DNA of 64,000 bases from Candidatus Marinacidobacterium sp. (GTDB lineage: Bacteria; Acidobacteriota; Vicinamibacteria; Marinacidobacterales; Marinacidobacteraceae). The notes under the pieces were generated by a model. The model made no database searches, had not been told where the DNA came from, and saw only the letters and a list, made by a program, of their open reading frames with translations. Location of the stretch: assembly GCA_965220965.1 (NCBI GenBank), contig OZ244852.1, positions 2,240,001 to 2,304,000 of the forward strand, written 5' to 3'. Positions 1 through 8,698 of this stretch are shown piece after piece (position 1 is the stretch's first letter; each line of letters starts with the position of its first letter). The position numbers were made by a program, and so were the translations under genes.

Positions 1-728
1 AGCGGGCGCCGCCTCCAGTCGGACATCTGCTCCTGCTTCGAGAGGTCCCGGCCCACGAAGCCGGCGACCAGCGTGCGCAGCGCGATCTGCGTCTTCTTGC
101 CGTGGCCGATGACGGCGGCGGCGACCTGGGTGTCGAAGACCGCTCGCGGAACGACCGAGGCCTCGTGGTGGAAGATGTCGAAGTCGTGCTTCCCGGCATG
201 CACGACCTTGAGCACCTTCGGGTCCGCGACGAGCTCGAAGAGGGGCCCCAGGTCCTTGATCTCGAGTGGATCCACCACCGCTTCCAGGCCGGGCGCGGCC
301 ACCTGGACCAGACACAGTTCCGGAAACAGCCGGTTCTCGGGGATGAACTCGGTGTCGAGCGCGAACTTCCCCGCCCTTCGCAGATCGGCGACGAGCGAGG
401 CGAGATCCTCCGGATCGCGCACGATGCGGACCGCGCCGGCCACCGCCACTTTCGGCCGCCGGTTCACGCCCGGGGAGCTTCGGGGGCGGTTCGAACGGGC
501 CGCTTCCGAAGAAGGTCGGGATCCCGCGCCCGGGCGACGACTCTGCGTCCGGCCTTCGCCCTTGTCCGGAGCGGCTTTCCGGCGCGTCCGGCGTCGCCGG
601 CTGGCGGGCGGCGCTTCGGCGCCGTGGGCTTCCCCGGTCGTTTCCGCCTTCTGCTGTGTTTCCAAAGGGGTTGGGAGCTTCCCCCGCGCCGGCGGGATTT
701 CAGCGACCGCTCCGGGGGGCGACCTCAT
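1..728 (-). CDS. rnd: Ribonuclease D (3' end runs off window; start uncertain)
   Basis: Not in the ORF track. My minus-strand translation gives FALDTEFIPENRLFPELCLVQVA...KVVHAGKHDFDIF...VFDTQVAA...LSKQEQMSDWRRRPL, the DEDDy exonuclease motifs of RNase D. The frame is open up to an ATG at 728. Confidence 0.88.
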   Translation of the reverse strand, partial: MRSPPGAVAEIPPARGKLPTPLETQQKAETTGEAHGAEAPPASRRRRTRRKAAPDKGEGRTQSRRPGAGSRPSSEAARSNRPRSSPGVNRRPKVAVAGAVRIVRDPEDLASLVADLRRAGKFALDTEFIPENRLFPELCLVQVAAPGLEAVVDPLEIKDLGPLFELVADPKVLKVVHAGKHDFDIFHHEASVVPRAVFDTQVAAAVIGHGKKTQIALRTLVAGFVGRDLSKQEQMSDWRRRP

Positions 729-824
729 GGGATCGCGCCGCCCGCGGGCCCGGGTGGGCCGAAGCGGCCCGGACCGGTAGTGTACTGCCCGGACTCCGGT
801 CCCCCCTCCCCTTCGAGATACGCG

Positions 825-2234
825 ATGGAAGACCCCGGACTGCTCAGCGTCCTCCCCCCGGTGCTGGCCATCCTGGTGGCGCTGGTCACCCGGCAGGCGG
901 TGCTCGCCCTGATCGCGGGCGTCGTGGTCGGCGAACTGGTGCTCGCCGGAGGCGGCGTGCTGAGCGCGCTCGCCGGGAGCGTCTCCCGGGTGACGACGGC
1001 GTTCGCGGACAACCCCTCGATCCTGCTGTTCAGCACCCTGGTCGGGAGCGTCCTCGCGCTTATGGGGCGGATCGGAGGCGTCACCGGGTTCGTGAACTGG
1101 ATGACATCGGGGGGGCTGGTCCGGAGCCCTCGCGGAGCGCAGGCGGTGGCGCTGGTGCTGGGACTCGGGGTGTTCGTCGAGTCCAGCATCACCTGCCTCG
1201 TCAGCGGGACCGCCGCCCGGCCGCTGTTCGACCGGTTCCGGCTGTCGCGCGAGAAGCTCGCCTATCTCACCGACTCGACGTCGGCCCCCGTCTGCATTCT
1301 CATCCCGATGAACGGATGGGGGGCGCTGGTCATCGGCATCCTCGGAACGCTCGGGTTCGAAAACGGCGTCCGGGTCCTCGTGGGGAGCATCCCGTTCAAC
1401 TTCTATGCGCTGGTGGCGGTGGCGCTGGCCTTCTGGTTCGGCCTCTCGAACCGGGACTTCGGCCCGATGGCGCGCGCCCAGAAGCGCGCCCGCGAGACCG
1501 GCCAGGTGCTGCGGGAGGGCGCCCGCCCGCTGGTGAGCACCGAGGTGCTCGCGACCGCCCCGGGGCCGGGAGTTCCCGACCGGGCGCGCAACATGGTCAT
1601 ACCGCTCGCCGTCCTGCTCGTCATGATCTTCGTCGGGCTCGCGGTGACCGGCGAGGGGGATCTCCTCGCCGGCGACGGCGGGACCTCCGTGCTCTGGGCC
1701 ACGCTCTGCGCGATCGTGGCGGCGGCCGCGCTCGGGCTCGTCGGGCGCGCGATCCGCGTTTCGGAAACGATGGACCTGATCCTGAAGGGCGCCGGGGGGA
1801 TGGTGCCGGTCGTGGCCGTGCTGCTCGTTTCCTTCGCGATCGCCGGGGTGGCCCGCGACCTGGGGACCGGGGCGTATCTCGCCGGTCTGGCGGAGGCCTC
1901 GATGCCGGTCTGGCTCGTTCCCGCGGTGATCTTCGTGGTGAGCGGGGTCATGGCGTTCTCCACCGGGACGTCCTGGGGGACGTTCGGGATCATGCTGCCG
2001 CTGGGGATCCCGGTGGGCATGGCGCTGGGGCTCGATCCCACCCTCGTCGTGGGGGCCGTGCTCTCCGGCGGCATCTTCGGCGACCACTGCTCGCCGATCT
2101 CGGACACCACGATCATCGCCTCGATGGCCTCGGCGTCCGACCTGGTGGATCACGTCAACACCCAGTTGCCCTACGCCGTCCTCGGCGCCGCCGGAGCCAT
2201 CCTCCTGTTCCTCGCGGCCGGGCTCGCCGCCTGA
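825..2234 (+). CDS. Na+/H+ antiporter NhaC-family membrane protein
   Basis: Multi-TM protein starting MEDPGLLSVLPP, with motifs SREKLAYLTDSTSAP, FSTGTSWGTFGI and GDHCSPISDTTI. Confidence 0.88.
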   Translation: MEDPGLLSVLPPVLAILVALVTRQAVLALIAGVVVGELVLAGGGVLSALAGSVSRVTTAFADNPSILLFSTLVGSVLALMGRIGGVTGFVNWMTSGGLVRSPRGAQAVALVLGLGVFVESSITCLVSGTAARPLFDRFRLSREKLAYLTDSTSAPVCILIPMNGWGALVIGILGTLGFENGVRVLVGSIPFNFYALVAVALAFWFGLSNRDFGPMARAQKRARETGQVLREGARPLVSTEVLATAPGPGVPDRARNMVIPLAVLLVMIFVGLAVTGEGDLLAGDGGTSVLWATLCAIVAAAALGLVGRAIRVSETMDLILKGAGGMVPVVAVLLVSFAIAGVARDLGTGAYLAGLAEASMPVWLVPAVIFVVSGVMAFSTGTSWGTFGIMLPLGIPVGMALGLDPTLVVGAVLSGGIFGDHCSPISDTTIIASMASASDLVDHVNTQLPYAVLGAAGAILLFLAAGLAA

Positions 2235-2305
2235 ACGGTCCAGTCCGGCCCACCCGTTCCACAGGCCGCCAGGCCGTTCGCTCCCCGTAGACTTTCCGTC
2301 CCGGC

Positions 2306-3163
2306 ATGGATGACAGCGCACTCCTCGACGCCCTGGCGCCGGAGGCGCAGCCTTCCGGAGGCCCGGACCTCGTCCCGCTCGATCCGGATCACCCCGGGTT
2401 CCGCGACCCGGTGTACCGGGCGCGACGGAACCGGATCGCGCAGCTCGCCTACGACTACCGGCAAGGGGATCCGGCGCCGGACGTCGAGTACACCGCGGAG
2501 GAGCACGAGGTGTGGCGCACCGTGCGCCGTCTGCTGGACCCGAAGCACCGGGCGGCGGCCTGCCGGGAGTACCTCGAGTGCCTCGATCTGGTGGCGCTTC
2601 CGGACGACCGGGTCCCCCAGCTCGAGGAGGTCAACGCCAGGATCCGGCCGCTCACCGGATTCCGGATGCTGCCGGTCGCCGGCCTCGTGACCGCGCGGGC
2701 CTTCCTCGAGTTCCTCGCCGACCGGGTGTTCCTCGCCACCCAGTACATCCGCCACGCCAGCCGCCCGACCTACACCCCGGAGCCCGACGTGATCCACGAG
2801 CTGGTGGGGCACGCCGCGTCCTTCGCCCACCCGGACTTCTCCGAGTTGTCCGCGCACTTCGGGCGGGCGGCGCGCGCCGCGAGCGACGCGGAGGTCGAGC
2901 GGCTCGCGCGGCTCTACTGGTTCACGCTGGAGTTCGGGGCCGCGCTCGAGGACGGGACGCCGAAGGCCTACGGCGCCGGATTGCTGTCGTCGGTCGGCGA
3001 ACTGGACCGGCTCGAGGAGGCCGAACTTCGCCGCTTCGACTGCGAGGCGATGGCGAACACTCCGTTCGACCCGACGGACTACCAGCCCTTCTACTTCCTG
3101 GCGACGAGCTTCGCCGACATGCGCCGGGAGGTGGGCGAGTTCCTGCGTCAGTACGCCGACTGA
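2306..3163 (+). CDS. phhA: Biopterin-dependent aromatic amino acid hydroxylase (phenylalanine 4-monooxygenase)
   Basis: Motifs TQYIRH, YTPEPDVIHELVGH (Fe ligands), YWFTLEFG and KAYGAGLLSS. Confidence 0.92.
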   Translation: MDDSALLDALAPEAQPSGGPDLVPLDPDHPGFRDPVYRARRNRIAQLAYDYRQGDPAPDVEYTAEEHEVWRTVRRLLDPKHRAAACREYLECLDLVALPDDRVPQLEEVNARIRPLTGFRMLPVAGLVTARAFLEFLADRVFLATQYIRHASRPTYTPEPDVIHELVGHAASFAHPDFSELSAHFGRAARAASDAEVERLARLYWFTLEFGAALEDGTPKAYGAGLLSSVGELDRLEEAELRRFDCEAMANTPFDPTDYQPFYFLATSFADMRREVGEFLRQYAD

Positions 3164-3197
3164 ACGCCCGGCGCGGAGCCTGGGCTCGGATAAGCGC

Positions 3198-4484
3198 TCA
3201 GATTGCGCGGATCACGAGCACCGTCGAGTCATCCTCGGGCGCTCCGCCGCGGAAACGGCGCGCCTCCCGCAGCACCAGGTCGCACACTTCGGTCGCCGGA
3301 AGCCCCTGGTCGCGCTGCGTCGCGAGCAGCGACGCCAGCCGACCGCGACCGTAGAGGTCCCCCGCCGCGTCGGCGCTCTCGGTGATGCCGTCGGTGTAGA
3401 AGGCGAGGAGGTCCCCGGTCCCGAGCTGGATGTCCTGCTCGAAGTATCGCGGCCGGGGGAACAGGCCCACCGGCAGGCCCCCGGCGTGGATGAACTCGAG
3501 TTCCCCGCTGGCGCGCAGCAGGACGGGAGGCGCGTGGCCGGCGTTGATGTAGATGAGGCGCCGGAGCGGGACGTCGAGCACCCCATAGAAGAGCGTGGCG
3601 TAGCGCGTCTCGCCCACCGTCTGGTAGAGCAGGCGGTTCGTCCGGTTCAGGATGGCGCGCAGCGACAGCTCGGAGTGGGCGAGCGAGAAGATCGCGGCGC
3701 GGAGCACCGCGACCAGCAGCGCCGCCGGAACCCCCTTCCCCGACACGTCCGCCACCGCGATTCCCCAGCGGTCCTCGGCGAGCGGGATGAAGTCGTAGTA
3801 GTCGCCTCCGACCTGGGAACACGGTTCATAGGCGGCGGCCAGATCCAGACCCGGCAGATCCGGACGCTCATGCGGCAGCAGGTCGTGGAGAACCTTCCGG
3901 GCCACCTCGAGCTCGGAGACCAGCCGCCGGCCCTCGACCGCCTTCTCGTAGAACAGCACCCGCTCCAGCGCCGGAGTGGCGCCCAGCGCGTAGGCGCGAA
4001 GCGCGGCGCACTCGCCCTCGGAGAACCCGTCAGGCCTCGGGGACTCGCCGACGAGAACCCCGATCCGGCGGCCGCCGGCGCCGAGGAGCGGCGCGGCCAC
4101 GACCGACCGGGTCGCGGCGTCGAGATCGGGGTCTTCGGCCCCTCCGGACGTCACATCCGACCGGAAGCAGACCCTTCCTTCCTCGAACGCCTTCCGCAGA
4201 ATCCCCTCCGGCGGGATCCTCCGGCTGCGCCGGAGCTGCGGGGAATGGCTGTCCGCGGGGGACGCCCCGCGGCCGCGGGCGCGGCGGCAGACGACGGCCG
4301 CGCCATCGAGGCCCACGACGGTGATCGTCGCCCGGTCGGCGCCCGGCAGCACGTGGCGGACTCCGGCGAGAACGGTGTCCGAGGTGCGCCCGAGTTCCAG
4401 GGTGCGCCCCATCTCCTGGAAGGCCTCGAGGAGCGGTTCGACGAAGGGTTCCGCCACGGCGGGCGGCGGGACGGGCGCGGACAT
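3198..4484 (-). CDS. GAF domain + SpoIIE/PP2C phosphatase (RsbU-like)
   Basis: N-terminal GAF-like region (RSVVAAPL) followed by VGGDYYDF, ADVSGKGVPAAL, YTDGITE and EDDSTVLV. Confidence 0.9.
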   Translation of the reverse strand: MSAPVPPPAVAEPFVEPLLEAFQEMGRTLELGRTSDTVLAGVRHVLPGADRATITVVGLDGAAVVCRRARGRGASPADSHSPQLRRSRRIPPEGILRKAFEEGRVCFRSDVTSGGAEDPDLDAATRSVVAAPLLGAGGRRIGVLVGESPRPDGFSEGECAALRAYALGATPALERVLFYEKAVEGRRLVSELEVARKVLHDLLPHERPDLPGLDLAAAYEPCSQVGGDYYDFIPLAEDRWGIAVADVSGKGVPAALLVAVLRAAIFSLAHSELSLRAILNRTNRLLYQTVGETRYATLFYGVLDVPLRRLIYINAGHAPPVLLRASGELEFIHAGGLPVGLFPRPRYFEQDIQLGTGDLLAFYTDGITESADAAGDLYGRGRLASLLATQRDQGLPATEVCDLVLREARRFRGGAPEDDSTVLVIRAI

Positions 4485-4590
4485 CGGACGGACGGCAACC
4501 TACCTCGCATCGGGAGCGTCCGCCGGCGAGATTCCGGCTGGGACTACGGAGCCCCTACGCCCTGGCGGGGAGCCGCTCACCTCACGGGAA

Positions 4591-4622
4591 CGGCTGCGGG
4601 AGGGGGCGCCCCTCCCGCGCCG
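4591..4622 (-). terminator. GC-rich hairpin downstream of the lectin-like gene
   Basis: Perfect 10-bp stem gcgggagggg-gcg-cccctcccgc (4596-4618), extendable, directly after the stop at 4632. No U-tract. Confidence 0.45.
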
Positions 4623-4631
4623 CGTGACCCT

Positions 4632-5300
4632 CTACCGGGACCCGAAGCAGTAGAAGAGCCCGTCGCCCCCGGTGCCCTGAAGGTCGGACTGGCCGCAGCC
4701 GCGCGAGCCGTGCGCCGAGTTCCAGGATGTCCCGTCGTCGCCCCCGCCGACGCGGTCGTGGTGCCCGACCCGGGCGCTGCCGTCACCCGAATTGCTCGTC
4801 CAGTTGGAGCACGTCGTGTCGCCGTCGCCCTCGAAGGCGGCGCCGTCCGACGCGGTGCCGGTGATGATGTCGTGGCGGTTCACGTCATCCCCGCGCCCGG
4901 AAATCACCTCGCCGCTCTCCGAGACGGAATTCTCCTTGCTCAGCATGTTGCTGTCCGAGTGGAGGTCCATCACGTTGCTGGCGACCATGACGCCGTTCGC
5001 GTTGTGCCAGGGTCCGGAACCGATCCGGTCGCGGGCGTGCTCGCCGCCGTCGCCCACCGTGCTGAGATAGGCGCGCCAGGTGATGCCGGAGTCGGCGCCG
5101 GCCTCCGCCGCGAGGGCGGCGCAGTGGGCGTCGGCGCCCTCGAGCCCGCCGAGGTTCGCTCCGTCCCCGGCGCCCCGACTCGTCAGGAAGAAGGTCATCG
5201 GCTCCTGGACGAGCGGAACGCTCTTCGTGGAGGCGACTCCGAGGCCGGCGAGGGCCGGAACGATCGCTGCGATCAGGACAAGTGCGACGCGTTTCTTCAT
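4632..5300 (-). CDS. Secreted endostatin/collagen-NC1-like (C-type lectin-like fold) protein
   Basis: Signal peptide MKKRVALVLIAA, RBS GGAAGGAG, TACAAT at 5334-5339, and motifs GANLGGLEGADAHCAALA, TWRAYLST, TCSNWTS and GLFYCF. Confidence 0.75.
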   Translation of the reverse strand: MKKRVALVLIAAIVPALAGLGVASTKSVPLVQEPMTFFLTSRGAGDGANLGGLEGADAHCAALAAEAGADSGITWRAYLSTVGDGGEHARDRIGSGPWHNANGVMVASNVMDLHSDSNMLSKENSVSESGEVISGRGDDVNRHDIITGTASDGAAFEGDGDTTCSNWTSNSGDGSARVGHHDRVGGGDDGTSWNSAHGSRGCGQSDLQGTGGDGLFYCFGSR

Positions 5301-5359
5301 GGAAGGCTCCTTCCCGGAAAGACCGGAATGCCGATTGTAGGAGCCTGGCGCGTCGGGGC

Positions 5360-6448
5360 CTAACGGAACCGCCGGACGCCCCACCACAGGAGCGGGAGGA
5401 TGAAGACGATCCAGAAGCCGTAGGTGAGGATGCGGTAGCCGATCCCGATGAGCCCGGCGAGCCCGGCCTGGGCCAGGAGCGCCGCCAGCAGCAGCACGAC
5501 GGTGGAGGTCAGGGGCCGCAGCGAGGGGCGCAACTTCCGGCCGCTCTCCTCGAGCGCGCGGGCGATGCGCTCGTTGAAGGCGTGGATCAGGCTGGTGGCG
5601 GTCTCGACGAGCGTGCCGAAGAGGACCACCTGGAAGGCGACGAGGAGTAGCGGCGAGCCGATGGCCGCGAGCAGGGTGAGCGACGGGACCGTCTCGTTGA
5701 CCATCGCGGGGCCCAGCCCCGAGATGGCGACGAAGAAGAGGATGGCCGGAAGGATCCCGATGGGACCGGCGAGGACGCCGGCGATGACCGCGTCCCGCCG
5801 GGTCTTCAGGTGGCGGGCGCAGAACAGGACAGCGGGCAGCGTCCCCACGTTGTAGGCCATGTACTCCGCCCCGCCGAGGGCCCAGTCGCGAGTCACCTCC
5901 CCGGACGCCAGGCCGGCCATGATGTCGGGACCGAAGCTGCGGAAGGAGGCGATCAGGACGACCGCGTAGAGCGCGTAGAGCGCGATGGACCACGCCGAGA
6001 GGAACCCCTCGACCGCGGAGGTGCCCCCGAGGACGAGCCACCCGACCGCCGCCATGATCGCGAGCACCCCGACGACGTAGGGAAGCCCCAGCGAACGCGA
6101 CACGATTTCGCCGCCGGCGGCGGCGACGACCGAGACCACGACCAGCATCGAGGCGAGGTAGAGCGCCTCGTAGAGCCCGTGCCACCGGCCCAGCAGGGCG
6201 CGGGCGAAGTTGCGGTAGTCGAACGCTCCGGCGCGGCGCGAGACCTCGAAGGTGAGCGCGCACACCACCGACCAGAGCGGCACGGTCACGACCACCATCC
6301 CGAGGAGTCCGCCGAGGACCCCCTTCGTCAGGAAGAAATCCACCAGCTCCCGACCGGTGCCGTAGCCCCCGGCGATGATCATCGACTGGAAGCAGAACCC
6401 CGGGAGGAGCACCCGCTGGAACCACGGGGAGCGCAGGGGGTTCTTCAT
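5360..6448 (-). CDS. YkvI-family membrane protein
   Basis: FQSMIIAGGYGTGRELVDFF signature and about 10 TM helices. Confidence 0.82.
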   Translation of the reverse strand: MKNPLRSPWFQRVLLPGFCFQSMIIAGGYGTGRELVDFFLTKGVLGGLLGMVVVTVPLWSVVCALTFEVSRRAGAFDYRNFARALLGRWHGLYEALYLASMLVVVSVVAAAGGEIVSRSLGLPYVVGVLAIMAAVGWLVLGGTSAVEGFLSAWSIALYALYAVVLIASFRSFGPDIMAGLASGEVTRDWALGGAEYMAYNVGTLPAVLFCARHLKTRRDAVIAGVLAGPIGILPAILFFVAISGLGPAMVNETVPSLTLLAAIGSPLLLVAFQVVLFGTLVETATSLIHAFNERIARALEESGRKLRPSLRPLTSTVVLLLAALLAQAGLAGLIGIGYRILTYGFWIVFILPLLWWGVRRFR

Positions 6449-6465
6449 CGGGATGGGGGCGGCGA

Positions 6466-8070
6466 CTACTCCCAGTCGCTGGAGTCGAGGAAGCAGCCGC
6501 TGTCGTATTCGGTTCCGGGGCGGAACCAGAGCGGAACGCACCAGGGCTCGAAGGCGGCGATCCTCCCGCCGGTGACGCTGACCTCGTAGCTCCCGTCTCC
6601 GTTCCGGGAAACGGAGACCGTCACGCCCCCGCCGATGTCGCGCGACGCTCCGTCGGAAAGCAGCGATTCGTCGTCGCGGCCCCAACCGACGTCGGTGAGG
6701 TAGTCCGGGTTGTCCGCGTTGTAGAGGGCCGGGCCCAGCCGCGCCGACGTGCCGGTTCCGGACGTCTGGTCAAAGCGGGAAACGAGCACCCCCTCGTAGC
6801 GGAGCGCCCGGCGACGACCGGGGGCGGTTGGATCGAAGGTCAGCTTCTCCGTCAGGCGGTGGGCGGGCCCGATCTCGTCGAGCACCTCGAGGGTGGTGAA
6901 GGCGTGGCGACGACCCGAGTGCACGACGAGGAACTGGTTGCCGGAGTAACCCGGCCGGGCCAGGGTGTAGACCCCGTTCTCCTCGAGGTGCAGGGCGACC
7001 TCCTCGGGCGGGATCCAGCCCGCGGAGTAGCGGTTGATCGCCATCGTGGAGGGAATCCCGCCGGGGTCCCACCCGACGTAGAGCGTCTCCGACATGATGT
7101 CGTAGAGGTTCGAGTAGGGGTTCGGCTGCTCGAGCTCCCGACCCGGGTAGGGCCGCCAGGGGAGCTCGGGGAAGGAATGCGCCCATTCCATCCAGCCGTG
7201 GCCGATCTCGTGAACGATCGTCGCCATGCGCCGCTGCTCGAGACTGGCGAGGCCGAAGTGGGCCCAGCCGTTGATCCCCACGCCGCCGGTGAAGGAGTTG
7301 ACGTCGCTGAGGAGGATCCGGTTCAGCCCGCCGGGCGCCCCGTTCCGGCACTCCTCGAGGCAGGCGCCTACGAGTTGCTGCTGGTGGGTCTCCGCAGTCG
7401 CCGAACTGCCATCGCCGGGGACGGTGAACTCCTCTCCCTCGACGAACGTGATGCGGAACTGACCCCCCGAGAGGCGGCGGTAGTAGGCGGTGACGTGCCG
7501 GTTCAGCAGGGTGACGGCCTCGGAGAGGCTCATGTCGACCCGCTTCCGGTCGTCCTCGACCCACCCGCCGGCGTTCACCGGAACGCGGGCCACGTCCACG
7601 GTGATCTCGAGGTTGTTCTTCGTGTAGTAGGTCGGATCCGCCGGGGGATCCGGCAGAAAACCGTCGGGATCCTTGTTGGACGCCGTGCAGCCGCCGAACT
7701 TCATGTAGCGGTACCGGAGGTAGATGCCGTTACCGAAGAAGCGGATCAGCGAGAGGGGATCCGAGCCCCCGAGATCGGGAAGCCCGGCTGCGGCCCAGGG
7801 CGAGTCCTCGTTCGCCTCCTCCCGGCACGAATAGGGGGCTGACTCCCTCCACCAGGGCTCGGCCGGCAGATCGTTCCAGTGGGCGAAGCGGTCGATTTCC
7901 GGCGGGGGCTCCGGTTCGGGTTCGGGCGTCGGCGCCGGCGCCGGGGCCGGCGTCGGCGCGACCGGGGCCGCCGGCTCGGAGCCTCCCCCGTCGCCGCAGC
8001 CGGGAGCCAGCAGCGCAAGGACCAGACCGAGCCCGATGCCGCGGGCCTTCCAGGCGAGAGGGGGATTCAC
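6466..8070 (-). CDS. Lipoprotein with zinc-metallopeptidase-like domain
   Basis: Lipobox LAPGC, Pro/Glu-rich linker, HEIGH zinc motif and a downstream YDIMS Met-turn-like motif. Start (GTG 8070) is uncertain. Confidence 0.65.
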   Translation of the reverse strand: MNPPLAWKARGIGLGLVLALLAPGCGDGGGSEPAAPVAPTPAPAPAPTPEPEPEPPPEIDRFAHWNDLPAEPWWRESAPYSCREEANEDSPWAAAGLPDLGGSDPLSLIRFFGNGIYLRYRYMKFGGCTASNKDPDGFLPDPPADPTYYTKNNLEITVDVARVPVNAGGWVEDDRKRVDMSLSEAVTLLNRHVTAYYRRLSGGQFRITFVEGEEFTVPGDGSSATAETHQQQLVGACLEECRNGAPGGLNRILLSDVNSFTGGVGINGWAHFGLASLEQRRMATIVHEIGHGWMEWAHSFPELPWRPYPGRELEQPNPYSNLYDIMSETLYVGWDPGGIPSTMAINRYSAGWIPPEEVALHLEENGVYTLARPGYSGNQFLVVHSGRRHAFTTLEVLDEIGPAHRLTEKLTFDPTAPGRRRALRYEGVLVSRFDQTSGTGTSARLGPALYNADNPDYLTDVGWGRDDESLLSDGASRDIGGGVTVSVSRNGDGSYEVSVTGGRIAAFEPWCVPLWFRPGTEYDSGCFLDSSDWE

Positions 8071-8158
8071 GAGGATGGGCGGCTCTCCGGCGGATGGCCC
8101 TGATGCGAGCGGCGACAGTCTACGGGAAGCGTTCCCGCGCCCGGATATCCTCCGACTG

Positions 8159-8698
8159 GTGCGGACACAGCGAGTTGCCGGCGGAGTCCTCGCCGCCCTG
8201 CTCATGGCGAGCGCCACCGGCGCGGCCCAGGACGAGCCTCCCGGCGCGCGGGCGGTGGTCGAGGAGTGGTTCCGCCTCGCCAGCGAGCTGGATGACAGCG
8301 AGGAGAGCCGGGCGGCCTTCGTGGCGCTCTACCGGGAGGACGCGCTTCACATCCAGGGTCCGGCGGGAGACAACCAGCGCGGGACGACGACCTTCTGGGG
8401 TCGCGACAAGGTGCGGCTGCTCGTGGAGCGGCTGGCCTCGGAGTGGCAAGACGCCAGCGTGCGGGCCGATGTCGCCACCGCGCAGGAAGTGTCCGAGACC
8501 GTCTGGCCGGAAGCTCCGGGGCCCTGGGGCGGATCGCTGGTGGCGGCCCAGTTCACGGTGGCCGGGACCCGGCGGGACGACGGCGTCCGCTGGTTCATTC
8601 CCGGAGCGGCCTTCTTCCGGGTCCGGGACGGGCGGCTCCTGCGGGTGCGGATCTACCTGGGGCTGGGGGAGGCGGCGGAGGTCGAGACCGGGCAGTGA
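8159..8698 (+). CDS. Secreted SnoaL/NTF2-like protein
   Basis: Signal peptide, FVALYREDA and a C-terminal FFRVRDGRLLRVRIY. GTGA overlap with the next gene. Confidence 0.65.
   Translation: MRTQRVAGGVLAALLMASATGAAQDEPPGARAVVEEWFRLASELDDSEESRAAFVALYREDALHIQGPAGDNQRGTTTFWGRDKVRLLVERLASEWQDASVRADVATAQEVSETVWPEAPGPWGGSLVAAQFTVAGTRRDDGVRWFIPGAAFFRVRDGRLLRVRIYLGLGEAAEVETGQ

Noticed and set aside
450-728. Arg-rich N-terminal extension on RNase D
   Set aside because: Downstream GTG starts exist and open frames are expected at this GC content, so translation cannot be supported.
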